Positions 28,234 to 40,723 of a DNA stretch of 64,000 nucleotides are shown here, in pieces (the first letter of the stretch is position 1; each line of letters begins with the position of its first letter). The stretch is from positions 2,624,001 to 2,688,000 of the forward strand of contig OY970303.1 in NCBI GenBank assembly GCA_963716255.1. Direction: 5' to 3'. The stretch is from an uncultured Gemmatimonadales bacterium. Its GTDB lineage: Bacteria > Gemmatimonadota > Gemmatimonadetes > Longimicrobiales > Longimicrobiaceae. A model generated the notes under the pieces. It searched no databases, was not told the origin of the DNA, and saw only the letters and a list, made by a program, of their open reading frames with translations. Both the position numbers and the translations under genes were made by a program.

Positions 28234-31200
28234 ATGTGGATCTCCGATTTCGCCATCCGAAGGCCCATCATCACCATCGTCACCATGCTGGCGCTGGTGG
28301 TGTTCGGGGCCTTCGCGCTCGTCAACCTGGACACCGACGAGTTCCCCGAGGTGAACCCGCCGGTGGTCTCGGTGGCGCTCCCGTACCCGGGCGCCTCGCC
28401 GGACGTGGTGGAGCGCGAGGTGGTCGAGCCCATCGAGGAGGCGATCTCCTCCATCAGCGGCATCGACCGGATCACCTCGCAGTCGCTGGACGGCTTCGCC
28501 ATCGTCATCGCCGAGTTCGACTTCGACAAGGACATCCAGCAGGCCACGCAGGACATCCGCGACCAGATCTCGCAGATCCGCGGCGACCTGCCGCAGGAGC
28601 TGGAAGAGCCCATCCTGACGCGGTTCGATCCCAACGACCTGCCCATCATGGCGCTGTCGCTCACCTCGCCGCGGCTCACCGCGCCCGAGCTGACGCGGCT
28701 GGCGGACCCCGGGATCACCCGCGAGCTGCGCGGCATCGCCGGCGTGGCCGAGGTGGAGGTGGTGGGCGGGCTGGAGCGGGAGCTGGTGGTGGAGCTGCGC
28801 CCGCAGGCGCTGGCCGGCGCGGGGGTGAGCGTGGGGCAGGTGGTGCAGGCGGTGCAGACGCAGAACCTGGCCGCGCCCGTGGGGCGGCTGGAGGGAAGCC
28901 TGAGCGAGCGCACCATCCGCCTGCGCGGCAGGCTGGACACCCCCGCCGACTTCGCGCAGCTGGTGGTGTCTCAGCAGGGCGGGCGCATCGTGCGGCTGGG
29001 CGAGGTGGCCACCGTGCGCGACGGCACCGAGGAGCAGCGCACCCTGGCGCTCTTCAACGGCCGCGAGGCCGTGGGCATCAACATCACCAAGGCGCAGGGC
29101 TACAGCACCACGGCGGTCGCCTCGCAGGTGCTGGAGCGGGTGGAGGAGATCCAGCGCGGGGGCACCCTCCCCGCGGGGGTGCAGTTCCGGGTGGTGCAGA
29201 ACGCCGGCGAGCGGGTGGAAAGCTCGGTCCGCAACGTGGAGGAAACGCTGCTGGAAGGGGCCCTGCTCACCGTGCTGGTGGTGTTCCTGTTCCTGAACTC
29301 GTGGCGCTCCACGGTCATCACCGGCCTGGCGCTCCCCGTGTCGGTGCTCGCCAGCTTCGTGGCGGTGTGGGCGTACGGCTTCACCCTCAACACCATGTCG
29401 CTGCTGGGGCTGTCGCTGGCCATCGGCATCCTGATCGACGACGCCATCGTGGTGCGCGAGAACATCGTGCGGCACGTGGAGATGGGGAAGGACCACTACA
29501 CCGCGGCCCGCGAGGGCACCGCGGAGATCGGGCTGGCCGTGGCGGCCACCACCTTCTCCATCGTGGTGGTGTTCATCCCCATCGGCTTCATGAGCGGGAT
29601 GGCCGGGCAGTGGTTCAAGCCGCTGGCGCTCACCATCGCCTGCTCGGTGCTGGTGTCGCTGTTCGTGTCGTTCTCGCTGGACCCCATGCTCTCCGCCTAC
29701 TGGGCGGACCCCGAGCTGGAGCACCACGAGAAGAGCCGCATCACCCGGGCGCTGGAGCGCTTCAACCGCTGGTTCGACCGCCAGGCCGAGGGCTACAAGC
29801 GGGTGATCGGGTGGGCGCTGGACCACCGCATCGCCATGGTGGTGCTGGCCATCGGCTCCTTCTTCGGGGCGCTGGCGCTCCCGGCCACCGGGCTGGTGGG
29901 CGGCGAGTTCTTCCCGGTGCAGGACGTGTCCGAGTTCAACATCACCGTGGAAACGCCCCCGGGGTCCAACCTGGCCTTCGCGCGGCTCAAGGCGGAGGAG
30001 GCCGCGGCCATCGCCCGCGGCCACGAGGAGGTGGCGTACACCTTCACCACCATCGGCGGGCAGACCGGCGCGGTGGACGAGGCCAACGTGTACGTGCGGC
30101 TCGTCCCCAAGGCCGAGCGCAACGTGCACCAGAAGGACCTGGAGGCCCGCATCCGCGAGCAGCTCGCCGGGATGGGCGGGGCGACCGCCGGGGTGGCCGC
30201 GGGCGGCTTCGGCGGCCAGAAGCAGATCCAGATCCAGCTCCAGGGCCCCGACGTGGCGACGCTGAACCGGCTCGCCGAGCAGGTCATGGCCCAGGTGCGG
30301 CAGGTTCCCGGCGCGGTGGACGTGGGGCTGTCCACCAAGGGGCAGAAGCCGGAGCTGGACGTGGTGCTGAACCGCGGGGTGGCGGGGAGCCTGGGGGTCA
30401 CGGTGGGGCAGGTGGCGCAGGCGCTCCGGCCGGCCTTCGCCGGGATCGACGTGGGCGACTGGGTGGACCCGCAGAACCAGACCCGCGACGTCACGGTGCG
30501 CATCACGCCGGAGTCGCGCGAGCGGGTGGCCGACCTGGAGCGGCTCCCGCTGACGGTGCAGGGGCCGGAGGGCCCGGTGACGGTGCCGCTGGGGCAGGTG
30601 GCGCAGGTGCAGCAGAACCTGGGGCCCGCGCAGATCAACCGGCTCGACCGCGAGCGGGTGATCAACGTGGAGGCCAACACCCAGGGGCGTCCCCTCTCCG
30701 AGGTGGTGGCCGACATCACCACCCGCCTGGAGAGCGTCCCGGTGCCGGCGGGCTACCTGGTGTCGCAGGGCGGCGAGACCGAGGACCAGGGCGAGGTGTT
30801 CGGCCAGATCTTCGCCGCGCTGGGCATCGCGGTCATGCTGATGTACTTCGTGCTGGTGGTGCAGTTCGGCAGCTTCCTGGACCCGCTGGCGATCATGCTG
30901 TCGTTGCCGCTGTCGCTCATCGGGGTGATGCTGGCGCTGCTGTTCACGGGCTCCACGCTCAACATCATGAGCATGATCGGGGTGATCCTGCTGATGGGGC
31001 TGGTGGCAAAGAACGCCATCCTCCTCATCGACTTCGCCAAGTGGTCGCACGAGGCGGGGATGCCGCTGCGCGAGGCGCTGATCGAGGCAGGGCGCACGCG
31101 CCTGCGGCCCATCCTGATGACCACCTTCGCGCTGGTGGCGGGGATGCTACCGGTGGCGATGGGGACCGGCGAGGGCGCGGACTTCCGCGCGCCGCTGGGG

Positions 31201-31398
31201 CGGGCGGTGATCGGCGGGGTGATCACCTCCACCTTCCTGACGCTGCTGGTGATCCCCACCGTGTACGAGATCCTCAGCGAGTGGCGCGAGTGGATGATGC
31301 GGCGCGTGTTCCGCCGTGGCGCTGCAGCGGAGGGGCAGCACACCCATGCGGGCCGGCGCCACTCGTCCATGGAGCCGTCGTTCGAGCCGGGAGACTGA
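28234..31398 (+). CDS. RND efflux permease (AcrB/HAE1 family)
   Basis: GILIDDAIVVRENI, KNAILLIDF, RLRPILMTT. Confidence 0.96.
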   Translation: MWISDFAIRRPIITIVTMLALVVFGAFALVNLDTDEFPEVNPPVVSVALPYPGASPDVVEREVVEPIEEAISSISGIDRITSQSLDGFAIVIAEFDFDKDIQQATQDIRDQISQIRGDLPQELEEPILTRFDPNDLPIMALSLTSPRLTAPELTRLADPGITRELRGIAGVAEVEVVGGLERELVVELRPQALAGAGVSVGQVVQAVQTQNLAAPVGRLEGSLSERTIRLRGRLDTPADFAQLVVSQQGGRIVRLGEVATVRDGTEEQRTLALFNGREAVGINITKAQGYSTTAVASQVLERVEEIQRGGTLPAGVQFRVVQNAGERVESSVRNVEETLLEGALLTVLVVFLFLNSWRSTVITGLALPVSVLASFVAVWAYGFTLNTMSLLGLSLAIGILIDDAIVVRENIVRHVEMGKDHYTAAREGTAEIGLAVAATTFSIVVVFIPIGFMSGMAGQWFKPLALTIACSVLVSLFVSFSLDPMLSAYWADPELEHHEKSRITRALERFNRWFDRQAEGYKRVIGWALDHRIAMVVLAIGSFFGALALPATGLVGGEFFPVQDVSEFNITVETPPGSNLAFARLKAEEAAAIARGHEEVAYTFTTIGGQTGAVDEANVYVRLVPKAERNVHQKDLEARIREQLAGMGGATAGVAAGGFGGQKQIQIQLQGPDVATLNRLAEQVMAQVRQVPGAVDVGLSTKGQKPELDVVLNRGVAGSLGVTVGQVAQALRPAFAGIDVGDWVDPQNQTRDVTVRITPESRERVADLERLPLTVQGPEGPVTVPLGQVAQVQQNLGPAQINRLDRERVINVEANTQGRPLSEVVADITTRLESVPVPAGYLVSQGGETEDQGEVFGQIFAALGIAVMLMYFVLVVQFGSFLDPLAIMLSLPLSLIGVMLALLFTGSTLNIMSMIGVILLMGLVAKNAILLIDFAKWSHEAGMPLREALIEAGRTRLRPILMTTFALVAGMLPVAMGTGEGADFRAPLGRAVIGGVITSTFLTLLVIPTVYEILSEWREWMMRRVFRRGAAAEGQHTHAGRRHSSMEPSFEPGD

Positions 31399-31421
31399 AC
31401 GGCAACGACAACGACGGGTTC

Positions 31422-31549
31422 GGGCGTGCCCCCGGCTGGCGCCGGGGTCGGGCTTCGGCTCCGTAAGCCCGCAAACAACGCGGGCTAACGGAGTCGAGCC
31501 CCGGCAAACTGCGCCGGGTCTCGCCCCTTCGGGCCGAAAGCCCTCACGC
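31422..31549 (+). ncRNA. ~130-nt structured dispersed element, copy 5
   Basis: Variable stem AGCCCGC/GCGGGCT; 23 nt after the RND stop. Confidence 0.7.
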
Positions 31550-31738
31550 GGGGTTCGTGCTGGCGTCCGCAGGGGAGCAACCTGGCCGGCCCGGTGTATG
31601 CAGGCCGGCCGCGGGCGGGAGGTCCCGCCGCCGGCGCGCCGGGAGGCCCGACGACCGCAGAGTCGCCTCCGTTTCCTTGAGATGTTCATGCGGCCGGGCC
31701 CGGGGCTCCGGGTCCGGCAGTTTCTTTGGATAGCGCGG

Positions 31739-32584
31739 ATGCAGATGCAATCGAGAGTCACGGAGGCGCTGGACGCGGACGGCGGGCGGAGCTTTTCCCC
31801 CGTGGGGCCGGCGGGGCGCTTCCTGGGCAGGCTGGGCCGCCGCGCCGAGGGCATCGCGCGCCACGCGGGGCAGTTCGCCATGCTGGGGTGGGGGATCCTC
31901 GCGCTCACGTTCACCGGCAAGGTGTCGCTGCGCGAGGTCATGAAGCACGTGTACTGGATGGGGATCCAGAGCCTCCCCATCGTGCTGGTGACCTCCACCC
32001 TGGCGGGCGTGGTCACCTCGCAGCAGGGCGGCTACCAGTTCACCGGCTCGGTTCCGCTGTACATCCTGGGGAGCGTGGTCGTCTCCAGCGTGGTGCTGGA
32101 GCTGGGTCCCGTGCTCACGGCCGTGGTGCTCATCGGCCGGGTGGGGGCGCGCATCACCGCCGAGCTGGGCACCATGCAGGTGTCCGAGCAGATCGACGCG
32201 CTCCACTCGCTGGGGCGCGACCCCGTGCGGGTGCTGGCGGCGCCGCGGGTCATCGCGGGCGCGCTGGCCTTTCCCATCCTGGTGGCCATCGCGGACACGG
32301 TGGGGATCGTCGCCGGGATGATCGCGGCGCGCTTCACGCTGGGGCTTTCCCCGGAAAGCTTCATGTACGGCGCGCAGCTCTTCTGGCACAACTGGGACCT
32401 GTTCTACTCGCTGGCCAAGGGGACCACCTTCGGGCTGGTCATCCCCCTGATCGCCACGCACATGGGGCTGGTCACGCGCGGGGGCGCCGAAGGCGTGGGC
32501 CGCGCCACCACCTCGTCGGTGGTGTTCATGCTGCTGGCGGTGCTCTTCCTGGACGCCCTGCTGACGCCCCTGCTGCTCCAGTAG
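31739..32584 (+). CDS. mlaE: MlaE family ABC permease
   Basis: ELGPVLTAVVLIGRVGARITAELGTMQVSEQIDAL, GAEGVGRATTSSVV. Confidence 0.93.
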   Translation: MQMQSRVTEALDADGGRSFSPVGPAGRFLGRLGRRAEGIARHAGQFAMLGWGILALTFTGKVSLREVMKHVYWMGIQSLPIVLVTSTLAGVVTSQQGGYQFTGSVPLYILGSVVVSSVVLELGPVLTAVVLIGRVGARITAELGTMQVSEQIDALHSLGRDPVRVLAAPRVIAGALAFPILVAIADTVGIVAGMIAARFTLGLSPESFMYGAQLFWHNWDLFYSLAKGTTFGLVIPLIATHMGLVTRGGAEGVGRATTSSVVFMLLAVLFLDALLTPLLLQ

Positions 32585-32607
32585 GCGGGGCGGGAGAAGA
32601 TAGAGAG

Positions 32608-33369
32608 ATGGTGGAATACCAGGACCTGTACAAGACCTTCGACGCGCCCGTCCTCGCCGGCGTGAACCTGACCATCCCGCAGGGCGAGACCATCGCCGTG
32701 GTGGGGCACTCGGGGACCGGCAAGAGCGTGCTGCTCAAGACCACGATCGGCCTGATCGCCCCGGACCGCGGCGACGTGCGCATCGACGGCGAGTCGGTGT
32801 TCGGCGCGCGGGGCAAGGAGCTGGAGCGCATCCGCCGCAAGGTGGGCTACGTGTTCCAGAACGCGGCGCTCTTCGATTCCATGAACGTCATGGAGAACGT
32901 GTCGCAGGGGATCTCCGAGGCCGAGCTGAAGACGCTGCCGCACGCGGAGCTGGTGCGTCGCGTGGGCGAGGCGCTGGAGCACGTCAACCTGGACCCGGGC
33001 GCCGTGCTCACCAAGCTTCCCTCGGAGCTTTCCGGGGGGATGCGCAAGCGCGTGGGGCTGGCCCGCGCCATCGTGGGCCGCCCGGAGATCCTGCTGTACG
33101 ACGAGCCGGTCACCGGGCTGGACCCGGTGAACGGGACGGTGGTGCACCGCCTGATCGCCCAGCTGGCGGAGGAGATGGGAGTGACCTCGATCATCGTGAC
33201 GCACGACATCGAGGGGGTGCTCCCCATCACGGACCGCATCGCCATGCTCGACAAGGGGAAGATCCGCTTCGTGGGCACCCCCGACGATTTCCGCAACAGC
33301 GACGACATCCTGGTCCGCGCCTTCCTTCACCGGGAGGTCCCGACCGAGGATCTTCTGGAGGTGGTATGA
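32608..33369 (+). CDS. mlaF: MlaF/Mkl ABC ATPase
   Basis: GHSGTGKS, FQNAALFDS, LSGGMRKRVGLARA, YDEPVTGLDP. Confidence 0.93.
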   Translation: MVEYQDLYKTFDAPVLAGVNLTIPQGETIAVVGHSGTGKSVLLKTTIGLIAPDRGDVRIDGESVFGARGKELERIRRKVGYVFQNAALFDSMNVMENVSQGISEAELKTLPHAELVRRVGEALEHVNLDPGAVLTKLPSELSGGMRKRVGLARAIVGRPEILLYDEPVTGLDPVNGTVVHRLIAQLAEEMGVTSIIVTHDIEGVLPITDRIAMLDKGKIRFVGTPDDFRNSDDILVRAFLHREVPTEDLLEVV

Positions 33370-34346
33370 TCCAGCAGGCCCGCACCGCCGCTTCGCCGCC
33401 TCCGGCGAAGCGCGGCGGTGGAAACGAACCTTCCCCGACCGTGCCCATGCGCTCTTCGCGACGTGAGATCCAGATCGGCTTCTTCTTCCTCCTCGGCATC
33501 GTGGCGGTGGTGGCCGCACTGCTCATGCTGACCGATCCGGGGACCTTCCGCGGCCGCTACGACATCAGCACCACCGTGGCCGACGCGGGCGGGCTCCGCA
33601 AGGGCGACCCGGTGCAGATGCGCGGCGTGAACGTGGGCCGCGTCCGCGGCTTCCACATCACGCAGAGCGGCGTGACCGTCAACATGGAGATGGAGCGGGA
33701 GTACGAGGTCCCCGCCGATTCGCGCATCTCCATGGAATCCGGCGGCCTGCTGGGCGGGATGATCGTGGAGGTGGTCCCCGGCCGCTCCGGCGAGCGGGTG
33801 AGGGACGGCGCCGAGCTCCCCGGCACCGCCGCGCCCGGGATGTTCGACGTGGCCACCAACGTGGGCACCCGCGCCGACACGGTGCTGGGCCGCGCCCAGG
33901 CGATGCTCGCCCCCGCGACCATCCAGGCGGTGGGCGCCAGCGCGCAGGAGCTCCAGGTGATGCTGACGTCGCTGGCGGGGCTCGCCACCGAGCAGCGCCG
34001 CGAGATCGCGCTCCTTTCCTCCAGCCTGCGCCGCTCGGCCCAGGGGGTGGAGGCGGCCACCACGCGCCCGGAGCTGGTGCGGGCGGTGGCGCGCATGGAC
34101 TCCATCACCATACAGCTGGACCGCAGCACGCAGTCGCTGAACCGCTCCACGGGATCGCTGGAGGCGGTGCTGGGGCGGATGGAGCGCGGCGAGGGAACGC
34201 TGGGCAAGCTTTCCGCCGACGAGACGCTGTACAACAACCTGAACCAGGCCGCCCTCAGCGCGAACCGCACGGCCACCAGCGCCGACTCGCTCATTGCGGA
34301 CATCAAGCGCAACCCGCGGAAGTACATCAACCTGGAGGTCTTCTGA
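33366..34346 (+). CDS. mlaD: MlaD/MCE family protein
   Basis: TM followed by AGGLRKGDPVQMRGVNVGRV, GEGTLGKL, DIKRNPRKY. Confidence 0.92.
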   Translation: MIQQARTAASPPPAKRGGGNEPSPTVPMRSSRREIQIGFFFLLGIVAVVAALLMLTDPGTFRGRYDISTTVADAGGLRKGDPVQMRGVNVGRVRGFHITQSGVTVNMEMEREYEVPADSRISMESGGLLGGMIVEVVPGRSGERVRDGAELPGTAAPGMFDVATNVGTRADTVLGRAQAMLAPATIQAVGASAQELQVMLTSLAGLATEQRREIALLSSSLRRSAQGVEAATTRPELVRAVARMDSITIQLDRSTQSLNRSTGSLEAVLGRMERGEGTLGKLSADETLYNNLNQAALSANRTATSADSLIADIKRNPRKYINLEVF

Positions 34347-34375
34347 CCCCGGGCTGCGGCCGCGGGACGTGAAGA

Positions 34376-34408
34376 GAGGGGGGCGGATCCGGCGGATCCG
34401 CCCCCCTC
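34376..34408. terminator. Hairpin after mlaD
   Basis: GAGGGGGGCGGATCC-GGC-GGATCCGCCCCCCTC. Confidence 0.65.
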
Positions 34409-34605
34409 CTCGTTTCGCTTCATCCCTCGCGCCGGGCTGGTCCGGGGCGTGGGGGTGTCGTTCGTACGGCATCGTGCCGCCAGGCGGTCGGGGTGGGTGT
34501 GCTCTCCGGAAAGGGTCAATGCACACCCCCGCCACCACACCCCCGACTCTTCCCTCCGACCACCCCCACGCCCTCCCTGGGGCCTCCCGGAGTCCGCGGT
34601 TTGCC

Positions 34606-34650
34606 GTTCTCCCCCTCTCCCGCTTGGGGGGGAGGGGGCCGGGGGGAGGA
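34606..34650. repeat. REP-like palindrome
   Basis: gttctccccctctcccgcttgggggggagggggccggggggagg, the reverse of the module at 8214. Confidence 0.65.
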
Positions 34651-34661
34651 GGCCTGCCGTC

Positions 34662-34789
34662 GCGTGAGGGATTTCGGCCCGGAGGGGCGAGACCCGGCGC
34701 AGTTTGCCGGGGCTCGACTCCGTTACGCACGGTTGTTTCGTGCGTTACGGAGCCGAAGCCCGACCCCGGCGCCAGCCGGGGGCACGCCC
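34662..34789 (-). ncRNA. ~130-nt structured dispersed element, copy 6
   Basis: Variable stem ACGCACG/CGTGCGT; 37 nt after the stop of the 34827 gene. Confidence 0.7.
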
Positions 34790-34826
34790 GACCCCGCAGC
34801 TCATCCCGCGTCCGCCGTCCGCCGCG

Positions 34827-35342
34827 TCAGAACGCGAACCCGATGTTGACCAGGCGGAAGGTGGGGAGGAACTCCAGGAAGTCGATCGTGTTGTCGTCGG
34901 GCTCGCCGATGAGGCGCTTGGCGCCGATCCCCACGCCGACGTAGAAGTTCTGCCGGGCCCCCAGGAGCCAGCTGTAGTTGGCGTCGAAGCCGACCCCGGG
35001 GTAGATGTCGCCGTCGAAGCTGGTGATCCCGGCCTTGACGCCGAACGCGAAGCCGTCCAGCGGCCGGCCCTGCGGGTAATAGCGCCAGAACACGTCCGCG
35101 TTGACGTAGTCGCCGTCGTCCACTCCGAACGTGGAACCGCCGAGGCCCATCGTTGAAAACGGGCTGGCCTTGCGCTCGTACTCCGCGTTGAAGAACTCCA
35201 GCAGCAGCCCCAGCGGGTTGGCCGAGATCACCTGCTGGTAGGGGACGGGCTGCGGCTCCTGCGCCGCAGCGGCCCGGACGGTGCCGAGGGAGGCGAGGGC
35301 GGCGCACGCCGCGGCGGACAGCCACTTCGCGGTGGGGCTCAT
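34827..35342 (-). CDS. Small outer-membrane beta-barrel protein (DUF3575-like)
   Basis: Signal peptide, alternating beta pattern, C-terminal NIGFAF. Confidence 0.78.
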   Translation of the reverse strand: MSPTAKWLSAAACAALASLGTVRAAAAQEPQPVPYQQVISANPLGLLLEFFNAEYERKASPFSTMGLGGSTFGVDDGDYVNADVFWRYYPQGRPLDGFAFGVKAGITSFDGDIYPGVGFDANYSWLLGARQNFYVGVGIGAKRLIGEPDDNTIDFLEFLPTFRLVNIGFAF

Positions 35343-35564
35343 GTACGTTCTCCGGTGTGTATGGGATCGCCGCGCGGGATCTCGCGCGGCGGGTTGGCGC
35401 CCCCGAGCGGGGCAGGAGCGGTGCCGCCCGGGCGCTGGAATGGAAGCCGCTGCGCCGGTGGAGCTTGGCTCCGCGGGCCCGGGGCCGCCCCCCGGCCCGT
35501 CGCACCCGCCGGGGGACGCCGGATGTTCACGCGGGAGGACGGTGTTCGGCGCCGCTGCGTCACC

Positions 35565-36398
35565 CTACCCCACCCAGCGCACTTCCGGCGCAGCCGCGAT
35601 CTCCCCGATCTCCGCGGCAAGCCGGTAGTAGGTCCGCAGCCCCTCGATCATGGGCGCGTCCAGCTCGTACGACAGCCCGCGCCAGTAGTCGTCCAGCATG
35701 GCCGCGTCGAAGCCGAAGTGCGCGGCGTAGCGGCACGCCAGCTCGGTGCGCTTCTCGTGGCCGTAGGCGCGCGACTCCAGCAGCGCCGCGTGCAGCCGGC
35801 GCAGCCCTGCGGTGGCGTCCGTGCCGCCGCCGGCCTGCCACACCGCGAAGGCGAACGGGAGCCCCGTCTGCTCCCACCACTCCGCCCCCAGGTCGAAGCG
35901 GAAGGCACGCTCGGGGTACAGCCCGGGCCGCAGCGCCACGTCGCCGATGAACAGCGCTCCGTCCGCCCCGCCCGCGAAGGGGTCCTCCGACGCCTGGTCG
36001 AACCAGAAGAAGCGCGGGCTCACCCCCCAGCGCACCCGGAGCAGGATCTTGAGCAGCACCACCGAGGTGGCGGACGCCGTGGGCACCGCAACCGCGAGGC
36101 CGTCCAGCTCCGTGGGGTGCCGGCCGGCGAGGAAGAGGATGCTGCGCACCGCGCCGCGCGAGCCGATCACCAGGTCCGGGAGCACCCGGTAGCGGTCGGA
36201 GTGGCGGGCGTACTCGATGCTGGAGCAGGGCGCGACGTCGATCTCGCCGCGGTCCAGGAGGCCGTTGAGGCGCCCGGGGACCCCCTCCGTGATCTCCAGC
36301 CACTCCGGCGCTCCCCGGTCGATGAGCCCCGCGTGTACGGGGAAGCAGTTGCTGTAGACGATGTGCCCCAGCCGGAGCCGTCCGTTCCCGTCCCGCAT
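35565..36398 (-). CDS. mqnA: Chorismate dehydratase MqnA (futalosine menaquinone pathway)
   Basis: LGHIVYSNCFP, GAVRSI, SATSVVLL, IGDVAL, DLGAEW...TGLPFAFAVW. Confidence 0.9.
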   Translation of the reverse strand: MRDGNGRLRLGHIVYSNCFPVHAGLIDRGAPEWLEITEGVPGRLNGLLDRGEIDVAPCSSIEYARHSDRYRVLPDLVIGSRGAVRSILFLAGRHPTELDGLAVAVPTASATSVVLLKILLRVRWGVSPRFFWFDQASEDPFAGGADGALFIGDVALRPGLYPERAFRFDLGAEWWEQTGLPFAFAVWQAGGGTDATAGLRRLHAALLESRAYGHEKRTELACRYAAHFGFDAAMLDDYWRGLSYELDAPMIEGLRTYYRLAAEIGEIAAAPEVRWVG

Positions 36399-36518
36399 GC
36401 GCGCCCCTTCCGCGTCCGTTCACCGCCAAAGCGAAGTCCCCGGCCGCCTTCCGGGAGCCGGGGACGAAAGCCGCATAAGGGTGCGGCGTGGACGCGCCGC
36501 GCGCAACCCCGCGGCGTC

Positions 36519-38588
36519 TCAGTCGCCCGCCGCCAGGGCGCTGGGGACGAAGGGCGCCTCCCGCACCGCGGCCGGCTTGCGGCCGCGCAGCACCAGCATC
36601 CACTCGCGCAGCGAGGTGGCGATCACCAGCAGCGCCACCGCCATGAACGCCAGCGCCACCGCGGCGTCCAGCCGGTCGTTGAAGAGCATGTGCCGGGCGG
36701 CCTCCACGGTCTGCGCGCCCGGCGGGAGCGTGCCGGCGGACAGGTGCCCCTGCACCATCCGCCCGTGCGCCAGGAAGCCCAGCTTGGGGTCGTCCGCGAA
36801 CACCTTCTGCCACCCGGCGGTGAGCGTCACCGTGGCGAGCCAGGCCAGCGGCGCGACCGTGATCCAGGCGAAGCGCGCCCTGCCCATCTTGATGATCACC
36901 GTGGTGCCCACGCACAGCGCCACGGCGGCCAGCAGCTGGTTGGATATGCCGAAGAGCGGCCACAGTGAGTTGATGCCGCCCAGCGGGTCCACCACGCCCT
37001 GGTAGAGAAAGTACCCCCACCCCAGCACCACCAGCGCGCTGGAAAGCACGATGCTCGGGTACCAGGAGGTGCGCCCCAGCGGCTTCCAGGCGTACCCCAG
37101 GAGCTCCTGGAGCATGAAGCGCCCCACCCGCGTCCCGGTGTCGATGGTGGTGAGGATGAAGAGCGCCTCGAACATGATGGCGAAGTGGTACCAGAGCGCC
37201 AGCAGCGAAGTCCCCCCGAAGAGCCCGGAGAAGATCTGCGCCATCCCCACGGCCAGCGAGGGCGCTCCGCCGGTGCGGGCGAGCAGCGTCTCCTCGCCCA
37301 CCTGGCTGGCGAGCGTCGTCATCTGCTCCGGCGTCACCACGAAGCCCCACCCGGCGATGGTGCGCGTGGCCTGCTCCAGGGTGGATCCCACGACCCCGGC
37401 GGGGGAGTTGATGGCGAAGTACACGCCCGGCTCCAGGATGGAGGCGGCGATGATGGCCATCACCCCCACGAAGCTTTCCATCAGCATGGCCCCGTACCCC
37501 ACCATCCGCGCGTCCCCCTCGCGGCTCAGCATCTTGGGGGTGGTGCCCGAGGCCACCAGCGCGTGGAAGCCGCTGATGGCGCCGCACGCCACGGTGATGA
37601 AGGCGAAGGGGAAGAGCTTGCCGGAGAACACCGGCCCGGTGCCGTCGATGAAGGGGGTCAGCGCCGGCATGCGGATCACCGGCAGCGACACCAGGATCCC
37701 CACGGCCAGCCCAAGCACCGTGCCGATCTTGAGGAAGGTGGACAGGTAGTCGCGCGGGCAGAGCAGCACCCACACCGGGAGCACCGAGGCGACGAACCCG
37801 TACGCCGCCATGAGCCACACCAGCGTGGTCTTTTCCACGGTGAAGACGGCGGCGAGCGCGGGGTTGGCGGCCACCCACCCGCCGGCGACCACCGCGAGCA
37901 GCGTCAGAACCACCCCGATCAGCGAGGTCTCCAGCACCTTGCCGGGGCGGAAGGCGTGCAGCCACCACCCCATCAGCAGCGCGATGGGGATCGTGCAGGC
38001 GATGGTGAAGAGCCCCCACGCGGAGTGGGCGAGCGCGTTGACCACGATCAGCGCCAGCACCGCCAGCAGGATCACCATGATGGCCAGGATGGCGACCATG
38101 GCGGTGAAGCCCGCCGTGGAGTTGATCTCCTCGCGCGCCATCTGCCCCAGCGACTTGCCGTCGCGCCGCATGGAGGCGAACAGGATGACGAAGTCCTGCA
38201 CGGCACCCGCCAGCACCACCCCCACGATCAGCCAGAGCGTCCCCGGCAGGTAGCCGAACTGCGCGGCCAGCACCGGCCCCACCAGCGGCCCCGCCCCGGC
38301 GATGGCGGCGAAGTGGTGCCCGAAGAGCACCCAGCGGTTGGTGGGGACGAAGTCCACGTGGTTGTCCAGCCGCTCGGCCGGCGTGGCGCGGCGGTCGTCC
38401 AGCCCCAGCACGCGCACGGCGATGAACCTGGAATAGAAGCGGTAGCCGACGGTGTAGGTGCAGACGGCGGCGATCACCAGCCAGGCGGCGCTGATGGTTT
38501 CGCCGCGGTGCAGCGCCACGGTGCCGAGCGCCCAGGCGCCCAGGGCGGCGACGGCGGCCCAGAGGAGGAGGGAGAGGGGCTTTCGCAT
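36519..38588 (-). CDS. cstA: Carbon starvation protein CstA (pyruvate/peptide transporter)
   Basis: FGHHFAAIAGAGPLVGP, ACGAISGFHAL, RTGGAPSLAVGMA, LWPLFGISNQLL. Confidence 0.95.
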   Translation of the reverse strand: MRKPLSLLLWAAVAALGAWALGTVALHRGETISAAWLVIAAVCTYTVGYRFYSRFIAVRVLGLDDRRATPAERLDNHVDFVPTNRWVLFGHHFAAIAGAGPLVGPVLAAQFGYLPGTLWLIVGVVLAGAVQDFVILFASMRRDGKSLGQMAREEINSTAGFTAMVAILAIMVILLAVLALIVVNALAHSAWGLFTIACTIPIALLMGWWLHAFRPGKVLETSLIGVVLTLLAVVAGGWVAANPALAAVFTVEKTTLVWLMAAYGFVASVLPVWVLLCPRDYLSTFLKIGTVLGLAVGILVSLPVIRMPALTPFIDGTGPVFSGKLFPFAFITVACGAISGFHALVASGTTPKMLSREGDARMVGYGAMLMESFVGVMAIIAASILEPGVYFAINSPAGVVGSTLEQATRTIAGWGFVVTPEQMTTLASQVGEETLLARTGGAPSLAVGMAQIFSGLFGGTSLLALWYHFAIMFEALFILTTIDTGTRVGRFMLQELLGYAWKPLGRTSWYPSIVLSSALVVLGWGYFLYQGVVDPLGGINSLWPLFGISNQLLAAVALCVGTTVIIKMGRARFAWITVAPLAWLATVTLTAGWQKVFADDPKLGFLAHGRMVQGHLSAGTLPPGAQTVEAARHMLFNDRLDAAVALAFMAVALLVIATSLREWMLVLRGRKPAAVREAPFVPSALAAGD

Positions 38589-38753
38589 CGTCCCTGCGGG
38601 ATCGTGGAGGACACGGGGAAGAGAGGGGAACGGACGGAGGTGCAATCTGGCGCCGGAACCTGGCGTTTGACAACCGCGGCGGCCCGGCGTACCGTGACCG
38701 CGTCCCCCGTCGCCGCGACGCCGCCTTCCGGCAAACCCCTGCCCTCGCGCCCC

Positions 38754-39091
38754 ATGCCCCAGCAGCCTCCGTCCGCCACGGCCGAGCACGCCCCCGACTG
38801 GGCCGCGGTGGAGCGCGACCCGGAGTTCCTCCGCCTCAAGGCGGAGAAGCGGCGGTTCATCCTCCCCGCCACGCTGTTCTTCATCGCCTACTACTTCGCG
38901 CTCCCGGTGCTGGTGGGCTACTTCCCGGAGGCGATGGGGCGCGACGTGTTCGGGGAGGTGAACCTGGCCTACCTGTTCGCGCTCTCGCAGTTCTTCATGG
39001 CGTGGGGGCTGATGTGGCTGTACGTGCGGCGCGCGCGCGGGTTCGACGCCATGGCGGAGCGCCTCGCCGGCCGGATCGCGGGAGGGGCGCG

Positions 39092-39095
<4 letters not shown>
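38754..39095 (+). CDS. DUF485 family small membrane protein
   Basis: PEFLRLKAEKRRF, two TMs, YVRRARGFD; overlaps the actP start. Confidence 0.88.

Positions 39096-40723
<1,628 letters not shown>

Noticed and set aside
26869..31466. Very long alternative-frame and antisense ORFs (1393 and 1434 aa), and similar ones at 49902-55079 and 49259-52453
   Set aside because: Shadow ORFs of high-GC genes. They are Arg/Gly/Pro/Ala-rich, have no motifs and fully overlap well-supported CDS.
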